A stretch of 35,974 nucleotides of DNA, taken from Gemmatimonadales bacterium. GTDB lineage: Bacteria > Gemmatimonadota > Gemmatimonadetes > Gemmatimonadales > JACORV01. This document shows, piece after piece, positions 1 through 10,203 of the stretch; within the stretch, counting starts at the first letter, position 1, and the number at the start of each line of letters is the position of its first letter. The DNA lies in NCBI GenBank assembly GCA_035541085.1, contig DATKNX010000076.1, forward strand, positions 1 to 35,974, given 5' to 3'. Made by a program: the position numbers and the translations under genes. The notes beneath the pieces are model-generated. The model was not told the DNA's origin and searched no databases. It saw only the letters and a list, made by a program, of their open reading frames with translations.

Positions 1-1665
<1,665 letters not shown>

Positions 1666-1670
1666 TCCCG

Positions 1671-3023
1671 CTACCTCCCGCCCGCGGCCAGCGCCGCGGT
1701 GCCCTGCTCGACCAGCCGTTCCGCCGCCTCGCGGCTCGGCCCCTCCGCGATCACCCGGACCACCGGCTCGGTGCCCGAGGGCCGCACGTGCACCCAGCGG
1801 TCGGCGAACGCCAGGCGCAAACCGTCCTGCCGGTCCTCCGCCGCACCCTTCAGGACGGCGCTCAGCGCAACGTAGCAACGCTCCAACGATCCGGATGGCC
1901 GGGGGACCTTCGCCTTAACAATAGTATAGCGGGGCGCGGAGTTCACGAGCGCCGAGACCGTGACGGCGCGGCCGGCGAGGAGCGCGAGCGCGAGCGTGGC
2001 GGCCACCGGCGCGTCCCGGCCGAGGTGCACCTCGGGCAGGATCACCCCGCCGTTGCCCTCGCCCCCGATCACGGCGCCGCGCGCCGCCATCCGCTCGACC
2101 ACGTTGGCCTCGCCGACCGGGGCGCGCTCGACCGAGCCGCCCGCCTCCCGCGCGGCGTCGTCCACCACCAGGCTCGTCGAGAGGTTCGTCACCACGGGCC
2201 CGCGGCGCTGCGCCAGCACCGCGCGGACCGCGAAGGCGAGCGTGTAGTCCTCGCCGATCGGCCGGCCCGTCTCGTCCACGAGCGCCAGCCGGTCCACGTC
2301 CGGGTCCACGGCGATCCCGACGTCGCTGCCGCGCTCCCGGACCAGCGCCCCGAGCTCGCCCAGGTGCTCGGGGATCGGCTCCGGCTCCCGCGGGAAACGG
2401 CCGTCCGGCTCCAGGTTGATCGCCACGACCTCGCAGCCCAGGGCGTCGAGCAGCGGCGGCATGATCGTCGCGCCCGCGCCGCGCACGCAGTCCAGCGCGA
2501 CGCGGAAGCGGCGCCGGCGGATGGCCCCGAGGTCGAGCCACGGCAGGGCGAGCACGCGCTCCAGGTGGCGCCGCACGGCCCCGTCGTCCGCGCGCCGCGT
2601 GCCCGAGCGCGCCGCCGCGTGGCTGCCGCCGGCGTCCACGAGGGCGAAGAACCGCTCGGCCTCCGCCTTGTCGAGGAAGCGGCCCCCGGGGCCGACGAAC
2701 TTCAGCGCGTTCCACTCCACCGGGTTGTGGCTCGCCGTCACCACGATGCCGCCCCCGAGCCCGCCGTCCACCGTCTCCACGGCCAGCTGCGCGGTGGGGG
2801 TCGGGACCATCCCCAGGTCCACGACGTCCACGCCCGCCGCCAGCAGCCCCTGCGCCGCGGCGGCCACGAACGACGGCCCCGACTGGCGCGAGTCCCGCGC
2901 CAGCGCCACGGCCCGCCCGCCGCGCGACGCCACGTAGGCCCCGAACGCCTCGGCGTACCGGGTCACGACCGCCGGCACCAGGTCCTCCCCCACGATGCCG
3001 CGGAGGCCCGACACCGACCGCAT
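1671..3023 (-). CDS. glmM: phosphoglucosamine mutase
   Basis: C-terminal 450 codons of track ORF 1671..4022, starting at ATG 3023 (MRSVSGLRGIVGE). Phosphoserine loop TASHNP is present, with alpha-D-phosphohexomutase architecture. It sits immediately upstream of glmS with a 5-nt gap. Confidence 0.9.
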   Translation of the reverse strand: MRSVSGLRGIVGEDLVPAVVTRYAEAFGAYVASRGGRAVALARDSRQSGPSFVAAAAQGLLAAGVDVVDLGMVPTPTAQLAVETVDGGLGGGIVVTASHNPVEWNALKFVGPGGRFLDKAEAERFFALVDAGGSHAAARSGTRRADDGAVRRHLERVLALPWLDLGAIRRRRFRVALDCVRGAGATIMPPLLDALGCEVVAINLEPDGRFPREPEPIPEHLGELGALVRERGSDVGIAVDPDVDRLALVDETGRPIGEDYTLAFAVRAVLAQRRGPVVTNLSTSLVVDDAAREAGGSVERAPVGEANVVERMAARGAVIGGEGNGGVILPEVHLGRDAPVAATLALALLAGRAVTVSALVNSAPRYTIVKAKVPRPSGSLERCYVALSAVLKGAAEDRQDGLRLAFADRWVHVRPSGTEPVVRVIAEGPSREAAERLVEQGTAALAAGGR

Positions 3024-3034
3024 CAAGGTGGAGC

Positions 3035-4117
3035 TCAGCGGGAGAGCGCGGCGACCGCCGCCTCGTGGAGCGCGCCCACGGCGACGGGGGTGGCGATGGG
3101 CAGCAGGGCGACGTTGCCGAACGCCTGCTCGAACGCCGCGACGACCGCCGGGTCGAACTGGCGGCCCGACTCGCGCCGCAGCTCCTCGACGACGGCCGGC
3201 GGCGGCAGCGGCGGGCGGTAGGCGCGGCCCGTCGTCATGGCGTCGAACGCGTCCACGACCGTGACGATGCGCACGGCGAGCGGGATCGCGTCGCCTTTCA
3301 GGCCGTCCGGCAGACCGCCGCCGTCCAGCCGCTCGTGGTGCGAGCGCACGATGTGGAGGATCCCCGGGCGGTCCCTGAGGAGCGGCGTCAGGATCTTCTC
3401 CCCGATCACCGTGTGCTCCATGATGTGGAGGTACTCCTCCTCCGTCAGCTTCGCGGGCTTGTTCAGCACCGACTCGCGCACGCCGATCTTGCCGACGTCG
3501 TGCAGCTCGGCGCCGATGCGCAGCTCCTCGAGCCCGTCGCCGGTCATCCCGAGCGCGCGCGCCACCGCGGTCGCGTAGCTCGCGACGCGCGCCGAGTGGC
3601 CGCGGGTGTACGGGTCCTTGGCCTCCAGCGCGTGCGCCAGCGACTGGACGCCGACGACGAACAGCTCCTCGATGCGCCGCGCCTGCGCCTCCACCTTGCG
3701 CTCGAGGTTCTGCTGGTAGTCCCTGTTCTCCAGGATCAGGCGCCGCTTCTCGAGCGCCTGCCGCACCCGCGCCTGCACGTCCTCGACCTGGAACGGCTTG
3801 GCCACGTAGTCCAGCGCGCCCTGCGTGAGGCACCAGATGGCGCTGCGCACGTCGGAAACGGCCGTCACCATCACGACCGCGCTGTCGGGCCAGCGGTGGC
3901 GCAGCTCGGGCAGCAGCTGGATGCCGTCCATCTCGGGCATCCGGATGTCGCTGATGACCAGGTCGGCGGGCAGCCGCTCCAGCTCCTGCAGCGCCTCGCG
4001 GCCGTTGCCGGCCTGGCGGCACGCGAACCCCTCCTCCGTGAGGAGGCGCACCAGGATGCTCCTGAGGTGCGGTTCGTCGTCCACGACGAGGCAGGTCAGC
4101 GCGTGCTCGGAGGCCAC
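3035..4117 (-). CDS. response regulator with REC domain and HD-GYP-type (c-di-GMP phosphodiesterase family) output domain
   Basis: Track ORF 3035..4117 with a GTG start. The REC motifs are LVVDDEP, SDIRMPEMDG and KP. The HD domain shows HDVGK and HHERLDGGGLPDGL, i.e. GLP in place of the canonical GYP. Confidence 0.85.
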   Translation of the reverse strand: MASEHALTCLVVDDEPHLRSILVRLLTEEGFACRQAGNGREALQELERLPADLVISDIRMPEMDGIQLLPELRHRWPDSAVVMVTAVSDVRSAIWCLTQGALDYVAKPFQVEDVQARVRQALEKRRLILENRDYQQNLERKVEAQARRIEELFVVGVQSLAHALEAKDPYTRGHSARVASYATAVARALGMTGDGLEELRIGAELHDVGKIGVRESVLNKPAKLTEEEYLHIMEHTVIGEKILTPLLRDRPGILHIVRSHHERLDGGGLPDGLKGDAIPLAVRIVTVVDAFDAMTTGRAYRPPLPPPAVVEELRRESGRQFDPAVVAAFEQAFGNVALLPIATPVAVGALHEAAVAALSR

Positions 4118-4123
4118 GCGCCT

Positions 4124-4152
4124 AGCCTAGAAGCCGCCCGACCGGGTGTCAA
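4124..4152 (-). promoter_or_regulatory. putative sigma-70-type promoter for the response regulator/glmM/glmS unit, predicting a leaderless transcript
   Basis: The minus strand reads TTGACA (4152-4147), a 17-nt spacer, TAGGCT (4129-4124), 6 nt, then GTG at 4117. No Shine-Dalgarno is visible. The -35 hexamer is bracketed by the inverted repeat CCGGG/CCCGG (4142-4157). Confidence 0.4.
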
Positions 4153-4262
4153 CCCGGCCGCGCGGCGCCCGCGCGCGGATCCCGCACCGTCGTCCCGACG
4201 CCGCTTGCTGGCGCGCGGGGGCCCGATGTACCGTTCGCGAAGTCACTTCCGCCGAGCCGCCC

Positions 4263-5429
4263 ATGACGCGAATTCGCGACCACGATCGGGAGCACGAGCT
4301 GGCGACGCGGGCCGTGCACGCGGGCCAGGAGCCGGAGCCCCTGGCCGGCGCGGTCACGACGCCGATCTTCCAGACCTCCACCTACGTCCAGGCCGCGCTC
4401 GGCAAGCACAAGGGCCACGAGTACGCCCGGGTGAGCAACCCGACGCGCGAGGCCCTCGAGCGCAACGTCGCCGCCCTCGAGGGCGGCACGCACGGGCACG
4501 CGTTCGCGTCGGGCATGGCCGCGATCGACTCGGTCCTGACGCTCCTCTCGGCGGGCGACCACGTGGTGTGCGGCGAGAACGTCTACGGCGGCACGCACCG
4601 CCTGATGGAGCAGGTGCGCTCCCGCCACGGTCTCGCCTTCAGCTACGTGGACACGCGCGACGTCGCGGCCGTCGAGCGGGCCGTCCGGCCCGCGACGAAG
4701 CTGCTGTTCGTGGAGACGCCCACGAACCCGATGATGCGGCTCGCGGACCTCGCCGCGCTGGGCGCGCTGGCCGCCGCGCGGAAGCTCCTGTTCGTGGTGG
4801 ACAACACGTTCGCGACGCCGGTCTTCCAGCGGCCGTTCGAGTTCGGCGCGGACCTCGTGGTCCACTCCACCACGAAGTACCTCAACGGCCACTCCGACAT
4901 GGTGGGCGGCATGGTCGTGGCGAAGCGCGACGACCTGGCCGAGCAGCTGGCGTTCTTCCAGAAGTCCATCGGCGCGGTGCCCGGCCCGTTTGACTGCTGG
5001 CTCGTGCTGCGCGGCACCAAGACGCTGGCGCTCCGGATGCGCCAGCACGACGCCAACGGGCGCCGGATCGCGGAGTGGCTCGCGGCGGACAAGCGCGTGC
5101 CGACGGTCTACTACCCGGGGCTCCCGAGCCACCCCCAGCACGCGTTGGCGTGCCGGCAGATGTCGGGCTTCGGCGGGATGCTCTCGTTCGAGGCCGGCTC
5201 GCTGGAGCGCGCCCGGCGCGTCGTCGAGCGGACCCGGCTGTTCGCGCTGGCCGAGTCGCTGGGCGGCGTGGAGAGCCTCATCGGCCATCCGGCCACGATG
5301 ACGCACGCCGCCGTGCCGAAGGCCATGCGCGAGGCGATGGGCCTCACGGACGGGCTCGTGCGCCTCTCGGTGGGCGTCGAGGATGCCGACGACCTGATCG
5401 CGGACCTGGACCGCGCGCTGGCCGCCTGA
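4263..5429 (+). CDS. Cys/Met-metabolism PLP-dependent enzyme (cystathionine gamma-synthase / gamma-lyase / beta-lyase family)
   Basis: Track ORF 4146..5429 trimmed to ATG 4263 (MTRIRDHDREHELATRAVHAG). Family motifs are AVTTPIFQTSTY and the PLP-lysine region HSTTKYLNGHSDMVGG. The exact reaction cannot be assigned from sequence alone. Confidence 0.85.
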   Translation: MTRIRDHDREHELATRAVHAGQEPEPLAGAVTTPIFQTSTYVQAALGKHKGHEYARVSNPTREALERNVAALEGGTHGHAFASGMAAIDSVLTLLSAGDHVVCGENVYGGTHRLMEQVRSRHGLAFSYVDTRDVAAVERAVRPATKLLFVETPTNPMMRLADLAALGALAAARKLLFVVDNTFATPVFQRPFEFGADLVVHSTTKYLNGHSDMVGGMVVAKRDDLAEQLAFFQKSIGAVPGPFDCWLVLRGTKTLALRMRQHDANGRRIAEWLAADKRVPTVYYPGLPSHPQHALACRQMSGFGGMLSFEAGSLERARRVVERTRLFALAESLGGVESLIGHPATMTHAAVPKAMREAMGLTDGLVRLSVGVEDADDLIADLDRALAA

Positions 5430-5491
5430 TCCGCGGCTGAAACGCGGGGCCGCGCGCGGCGTAGGGAAGCCGGAACGCTCAGGGAGGTTCG

Positions 5492-6499
5492 ATGACGGAC
5501 GCTGATCAGGCTCTGCCCGCGCGCCGGCCGCGCACGGTCCTCACGCAGATCTCCTCGCGCGCCTGGGAGCACGCGGCCGACCGCGCGGCGCTGAGCACGC
5601 TGCGGTCGATCCCCGGCTTCGACGAGGTCGTTCGCAAGGTGTACGGCTTCTTCGGCGAGCGCGGCGTCCGCCTGCTGTTCCAGGCCAACGCCGTCCGCGT
5701 GGGGCCGACGCAGTTCGCGCGCGTCCACGCCGCCTTCACGGACGTGTGCACCACGATGGACTGGCAGCCGCGGCCCGACCTGTTCATCTCGCAGACGCCG
5801 CTGGTGAACGCTGGCGCGTTCGGCATGGACCGGCCGTTCATCGTGCTCAACTCGGGCGCCCTCGCCCTGCTCGACGAGGAGGAGCTGCGCACCATCCTCG
5901 GCCACGAGCTGGGGCACGTCATCAGCGGGCACGCGCTCTACCGCACCATCCTCGTCATCATCCTCGAGTTCGGCTTCCGCAACCTGCCCTTCCTCGCCGG
6001 CATCGCGCTCTTGCCGATCCAGATCGCGCTGCTCGAGTGGTACCGGAAGAGCGAGCTGTCGAGCGACCGCGCGGGGCTCCTGGCGAGCCAAGACCCCATC
6101 GCCTCGATGCGGATGTTCATGAAGCTCGCGGGCGGCGGGAAGATCGACGAGATGAACCTCGACGCCTTCATGACGCAGGCGCGGGAGTACGAGGAGGGCG
6201 GCGGGGCGATGGACACCATCTACAAGGTGATCAACACCCTGGGCTACACCCACCCGTTCAACACGCTGCGCGCCGCCGAGCTGCAGCGCTGGGTCGCCTC
6301 GGGCGAGTACGACCGGATCCTCCGGGGCGAGTATCCGCGGCGCGGCTCCGACGAGGACAAGGCCCCGCTCTCGGCCGACCTCGGCGACGCGAGCAAGTAC
6401 TACGCGGAGCAGGCGAAGGGCGCGGTGGACACCGTCGCGGACGTCGCGAAGAAGGCGCGCGAGGCGTTCCAGAGCGCGTTCCGGCCGGGCAACCCGTGA
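5492..6499 (+). CDS. M48-family zinc metallopeptidase (HtpX-like)
   Basis: Track ORF 5492..6499. It has the HEXXH motif HELGHVISGH followed by hydrophobic segments and a downstream E-containing motif (ELSSDRAG). GGGAGG precedes the ATG. Confidence 0.8.
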   Translation: MTDADQALPARRPRTVLTQISSRAWEHAADRAALSTLRSIPGFDEVVRKVYGFFGERGVRLLFQANAVRVGPTQFARVHAAFTDVCTTMDWQPRPDLFISQTPLVNAGAFGMDRPFIVLNSGALALLDEEELRTILGHELGHVISGHALYRTILVIILEFGFRNLPFLAGIALLPIQIALLEWYRKSELSSDRAGLLASQDPIASMRMFMKLAGGGKIDEMNLDAFMTQAREYEEGGGAMDTIYKVINTLGYTHPFNTLRAAELQRWVASGEYDRILRGEYPRRGSDEDKAPLSADLGDASKYYAEQAKGAVDTVADVAKKAREAFQSAFRPGNP

Positions 6500-7785
6500 G
6501 GATCCTCGTCGTCGGCGGGGGCGGGCGCGAGCACGCGCTCCTCTGGGCGCTGCGGCGCGACGCCCCCCAGGCGACGCTGTTCTGCCTGCCGGGCAACGCC
6601 GGTACCGCGACCCTCGCGACCAACATCCCCGGCAAGAGCGCCGACGTGGACCTGGTCGAGCGCGCCGCCCGCGAGCAGCGCGTGGATCTCGTCGTGGTGG
6701 GCCCGGAGGCGCCCCTGGCCGCCGGCCTCGTGGACCGCCTCGCCAAGACCGGCATCCCGGTCTTCGGCCCCACGGCCGCCGCGGCCCGCATCGAGTCCTC
6801 GAAAGCCTACTCCAAGGCGCTGATGGTGAAGCACGGCGTGCCCACCGCCGCCGCCAGGACCTTCACCGACTTCGACTCCGCCGCCCGCTACCTCGACCAG
6901 CACGCCGAACCCCTGGTCATCAAGGCCTCGGGCCTCGCCGCCGGCAAAGGCGCCGTGGTCTGCCGCACGCGCGCCGAAGCCAAGGCCATCGCTTCGGCCA
7001 TGCTCAAGGACGGCGCCTTCGGCGAGGCCGGGTCCGAGGTGCTCGTCGAGGAGTTCCTGGACGGGGAGGAGCTTTCCGTCCTCGCCCTCACCGACGGGGA
7101 GCACTTTGCCGTCCTGCCACCGGCCCAGGATCACAAGCGCCTGCTGGACGGCGACCAGGGACCGAACACGGGAGGCATGGGAGCATACAGCCCCGTCAGC
7201 GTAGCCTCCGAGGCGCTGCTGGCCAAGGTGGCCAGCGAGGTCTTCACGCCCACCCTGGCAGCCCTCAGGGACGACGGAGCATCATACCGCGGAATGCTTT
7301 ACGCCGGCCTGATGATCATGAAGGACGGAAGCATCAGGGTCATTGAGTTCAACTGCAGGTTCGGTGATCCCGAAGCCCAGGCAATCCTGCCCGTGCTCCC
7401 TGGCGGCGTGCTCCCGGTGCTCCGGATGATCGCCGAGGGCGGCTGGATGCCACCTGGGCACACGCTGGGGGACGCCCGGTGCGCCGCCGTGACGACCGTG
7501 CTGGCGGCCGAGGGCTACCCGGACAGCCCCCGGGCGGGGGCGAGCATCTCGATCCCTCCGGCCCTCGAGCGGGATCCCGACGTCCACGTCTTCCACGCCG
7601 GCACGGTGCGGGACCCGGATGGGGGGCTCAGGGTGGCGGGGGGCCGGGTCCTGGCGGTGACGGCCACGGCGCCGACGGTGGCGGAGGCCGCGGCCCGGAG
7701 CCGCTCGGCGGCCGAGGCGATCGGGTTCGAGGGCAAGCAGTACCGGCGCGACATCGGCTGGCGCGAGATCACCCGGCGCCGCTAG
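6496..7785 (+). CDS. purD: phosphoribosylamine--glycine ligase
   Basis: In frame within track ORF 5746..7785. GTG at 6496 overlaps the M48 stop (GTGA). The N-terminus is VRILVVGGGGREHAL, followed by ATP-grasp sequence through to FEGKQYRRDIG. Confidence 0.9.
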   Translation: MRILVVGGGGREHALLWALRRDAPQATLFCLPGNAGTATLATNIPGKSADVDLVERAAREQRVDLVVVGPEAPLAAGLVDRLAKTGIPVFGPTAAAARIESSKAYSKALMVKHGVPTAAARTFTDFDSAARYLDQHAEPLVIKASGLAAGKGAVVCRTRAEAKAIASAMLKDGAFGEAGSEVLVEEFLDGEELSVLALTDGEHFAVLPPAQDHKRLLDGDQGPNTGGMGAYSPVSVASEALLAKVASEVFTPTLAALRDDGASYRGMLYAGLMIMKDGSIRVIEFNCRFGDPEAQAILPVLPGGVLPVLRMIAEGGWMPPGHTLGDARCAAVTTVLAAEGYPDSPRAGASISIPPALERDPDVHVFHAGTVRDPDGGLRVAGGRVLAVTATAPTVAEAAARSRSAAEAIGFEGKQYRRDIGWREITRRR

Positions 7786-7788
7786 CGC

Positions 7789-8610
7789 GTGCCGGAGCTC
7801 CCGGAAGTCGAGACCATCGCGCGGGACATCCGGCCCCACCTCGTGGGTGCCGTCCTCCGCGACGTCCGCATCGTCAAGTCCGACATCCTGCGCGGCATCG
7901 GCCCGGCCGCCCTGGTTCGCTCGCTCACCGGACGCCGCATCGTGGGCGTCGCCCGGCGGGCCAAGCACGCGGTCCTGGAGCTCGACGACGGCCGGCGGCT
8001 GGTGATCCAGCCGCGGATGACGGGCTCGCTGCTGGTGACCACCGCCGCCGCGGCCGCCGACCCGTACGTCGCCCTCGCCGCCCGGCTCTCGACGGGCCGC
8101 CACTTCGTCTACCGCGACGTCCGCCGGCTCGGCACCGTGCACCTGCTGGGCGCCGCCGCGTGGGCGCGCTACAGCGCGCGCATCGGGCCCGAGCCGCTGG
8201 AGCCGGGCTTCACGCCGGCCCGCCTCGCGGCCCTGCTCGCCGGCGGCCGCCTCGCGGTGAAGAAGGCGCTGATGGACCAGCGCCGGCTCGCCGGCGTGGG
8301 GAACATCTACGCCAACGAGGCGCTGTGGAGCGCGGGCGTGGACCCCTCGCGTCTCGCCCGCACGATCACCGCCGCCGAGGCCCGCCGCGTGCACCGCGCG
8401 CTGGTCGGGATCCTGCGCCGCTCGATCCGGCGCCGCGGCACCACGGTGCGCGACTACCGGACCGGCACCGGCGAGGCCGGCGCGTACCAGTCGCGGCTCG
8501 ACGTCTACGGCCGGGAGGGCCGGCCGTGCCGCCGCTGCGGGCGGCGCATCGTGCTGACCCATGCGATCGACGCACGCGCCACCTACTTTTGTCCAGGATG
8601 CCAGCGCTAG
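7789..8610 (+). CDS. mutM: formamidopyrimidine-DNA glycosylase
   Basis: Track ORF 7789..8610 with a GTG start. The catalytic N-terminus is PELPEVE and the C-terminal zinc finger is CRRCGRRI...FCPGCQ. Confidence 0.9.
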   Translation: MPELPEVETIARDIRPHLVGAVLRDVRIVKSDILRGIGPAALVRSLTGRRIVGVARRAKHAVLELDDGRRLVIQPRMTGSLLVTTAAAAADPYVALAARLSTGRHFVYRDVRRLGTVHLLGAAAWARYSARIGPEPLEPGFTPARLAALLAGGRLAVKKALMDQRRLAGVGNIYANEALWSAGVDPSRLARTITAAEARRVHRALVGILRRSIRRRGTTVRDYRTGTGEAGAYQSRLDVYGREGRPCRRCGRRIVLTHAIDARATYFCPGCQR

Positions 8611-9734
8611 CCCTGCTCACCGAGCCCGCCAGCGACTCCCTCGAGGCGCTGCGCGCGCGCGTCAAGGCGACGGCGCGGCGCCGGCCGGGCGTGTACCAGT
8701 TCCTGGACGCGAGCGGCGGCGTGTTCTACGTGGGCAAGGCGAAGGACCTGCGCGCGCGGCTGCTGAGCTACTTCTCGGCGCCGTGGCCGGACAGCAAGTC
8801 GGCGCACCTGATCCGCGCGGCCGCCGACGTCACCTGGCGCTACCAGCCGAGCGAATTCGCGGCGCTCCTGGAGGAGCTGCGGCTGATCGCGCGGCTGCGG
8901 CCGTTCTCGAACGTGCGCGGCAACCGCTCCCGGCGCCGCATGGTGTTCATCAAGCTCACGGGCGGCGTCGCGCCCAAGCTCAAGGTCACCGACCACACCA
9001 CCGACCGCGCGGCGCGCTACTACGGACCGTTCCAGAGCGGCTGGCGCACGGCGGAGTCCATCCGCGTGATGAGCGACCTGCTGAAGCTCCGCGACTGCGC
9101 CCAGGACCGGCCGCTGCGCTTCGCCGACCAGGCCGACCTGTTCGGCGCGCTCTCCGAGCCCGCCGGCTGCCTGCGCCACGAGCTGGGCACCTGCCTGGGG
9201 CCCTGCGCCGGCAGGACCACCGCGGAGACCTACCGCGCCGCCGTCGCCGAGGCCGTGGCGTTCCTCGAGAGCCACGCCGTCGCGCCCATCGACCGCGTCC
9301 TGGACGCGATGGCCGACGCCTCCGAGGCGCGCGACTTCGAGCGGGCGGCGCTGTGGCGCGAGAAGCTGGAGGCGCTCGAGGAGCTGTTCGCCGCCGTCTC
9401 GCGGCTCCGCGCCGGCACCGAGGCGCTGACCTTCGTGTACGGCGTGCGCGACCGCACCGCCGCCGCCGACGGCGGGGGGAACGACGACCGCGTGTACCTG
9501 GTGCATCGCGGCCTGGTGCGCGCCCTGGCCGCCTGGCCGAAGACGCCCATCGAGCGCGACGCTTTCGCGGCGGAGGTGGCCCGGGCGGCCGCGCAGCCCC
9601 TGGCGGGCCCCGCCGCGAGGACGGCCTCCGAGATGGACGAGCTGCTGCTTGTGATGAGCTGGTTCCGCCAGCACCCCGAGGAGTTCGCGTCCACCTCCCC
9701 GCTCGAGCAGTGGCTGGAGCCGCCGGCTAGCTGA
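8598..9734 (+). CDS. UvrC-homologous GIY-YIG nuclease lacking the C-terminal half of UvrC (Cho-like)
   Basis: In frame within track ORF 7479..9734, with ATG 8598 overlapping the mutM end by 13 nt. It has a GIY-YIG region (GVYQFLDASGGVFYVGKAKDLRARL) and a UvrC-type Cys-rich segment (CLRHELGTCLGPCAG). A UVR-like helix follows (EARDFERAALWREKLEALEEL). It ends after 378 aa with no RNase-H-like or HhH part. Confidence 0.75.
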   Translation: MPALALLTEPASDSLEALRARVKATARRRPGVYQFLDASGGVFYVGKAKDLRARLLSYFSAPWPDSKSAHLIRAAADVTWRYQPSEFAALLEELRLIARLRPFSNVRGNRSRRRMVFIKLTGGVAPKLKVTDHTTDRAARYYGPFQSGWRTAESIRVMSDLLKLRDCAQDRPLRFADQADLFGALSEPAGCLRHELGTCLGPCAGRTTAETYRAAVAEAVAFLESHAVAPIDRVLDAMADASEARDFERAALWREKLEALEELFAAVSRLRAGTEALTFVYGVRDRTAAADGGGNDDRVYLVHRGLVRALAAWPKTPIERDAFAAEVARAAAQPLAGPAARTASEMDELLLVMSWFRQHPEEFASTSPLEQWLEPPAS

Positions 9735-10203
9735 GCGGGACGATCCTCGCCCGCGGCGGGATCCCCGGCTCCGTCTCCATGATCGCCACCGATGGCTGGA
9801 GGTCGAAGCGCCGCGGACCCGCGGCGCCGGGATTGATCACCACGGTGAAATCCGGCAGGTCCCGGATCAGGGCCTGGTGCGTGTGGCCGTACACGATCAC
9901 GTCCGCCCGCGGGAACGCCGCCTTCAGGCGCTGCGGCTCGGGCGAGCCGAACTGGTCGCCGTGCGTGACCACGAACAGGAACCCGTCCAGCTCGATCTCG
10001 GCCACCTGCGGCAGGCGGCGGCGCATGACCCCGCCGTCGACGTTCCCGTGCACCGCCGTCACCGGCGCCAGCAGCTCCAGCTCGTCCAGCACCTCGCCGC
10101 CGCCGACGTCGCCCGCGTGCAGGATGCGGTCCACCTTGGCGAACACCTCGTGCACCGACGGTCGAACCTTCCCGTGCGTGTCGGCGATGATCCCCAGCCG
10201 CAT
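9727..10203 (-). CDS. YfcE/MJ0936-family metallophosphoesterase
   Basis: Track ORF 9727..10203. Motifs are IADTHG, HAGDVGG, VHGNVD and GHTH. The ATG shares 1 nt with the ubiX stop (TGATG). Confidence 0.8.
   Translation of the reverse strand: MRLGIIADTHGKVRPSVHEVFAKVDRILHAGDVGGGEVLDELELLAPVTAVHGNVDGGVMRRRLPQVAEIELDGFLFVVTHGDQFGSPEPQRLKAAFPRADVIVYGHTHQALIRDLPDFTVVINPGAAGPRRFDLQPSVAIMETEPGIPPRARIVPLS

Noticed and set aside
1666-1670. Possible glmS ribozyme upstream of glmS.
   Set aside because: Only 5 nt separate the glmM stop from the glmS ATG, so there is no room for the ribozyme. glmS is translationally linked to glmM.
4153-4262. SAM/SAH-type riboswitch upstream of the Cys/Met PLP enzyme.
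   Set aside because: No recognisable conserved SAM-I/II/IV or SAH core sequences were seen by eye, and the region is only about 110 nt. A covariance-model scan would be needed to exclude it formally.
9727-9734. 8-nt overlap of the convergent Cho-like and metallophosphoesterase genes (GCTAGCTGA) as a regulatory feature.
   Set aside because: This is most simply a by-product of tight packing. No hairpin or conserved element is visible, and there is nothing to test beyond noting that no terminator fits between the genes.
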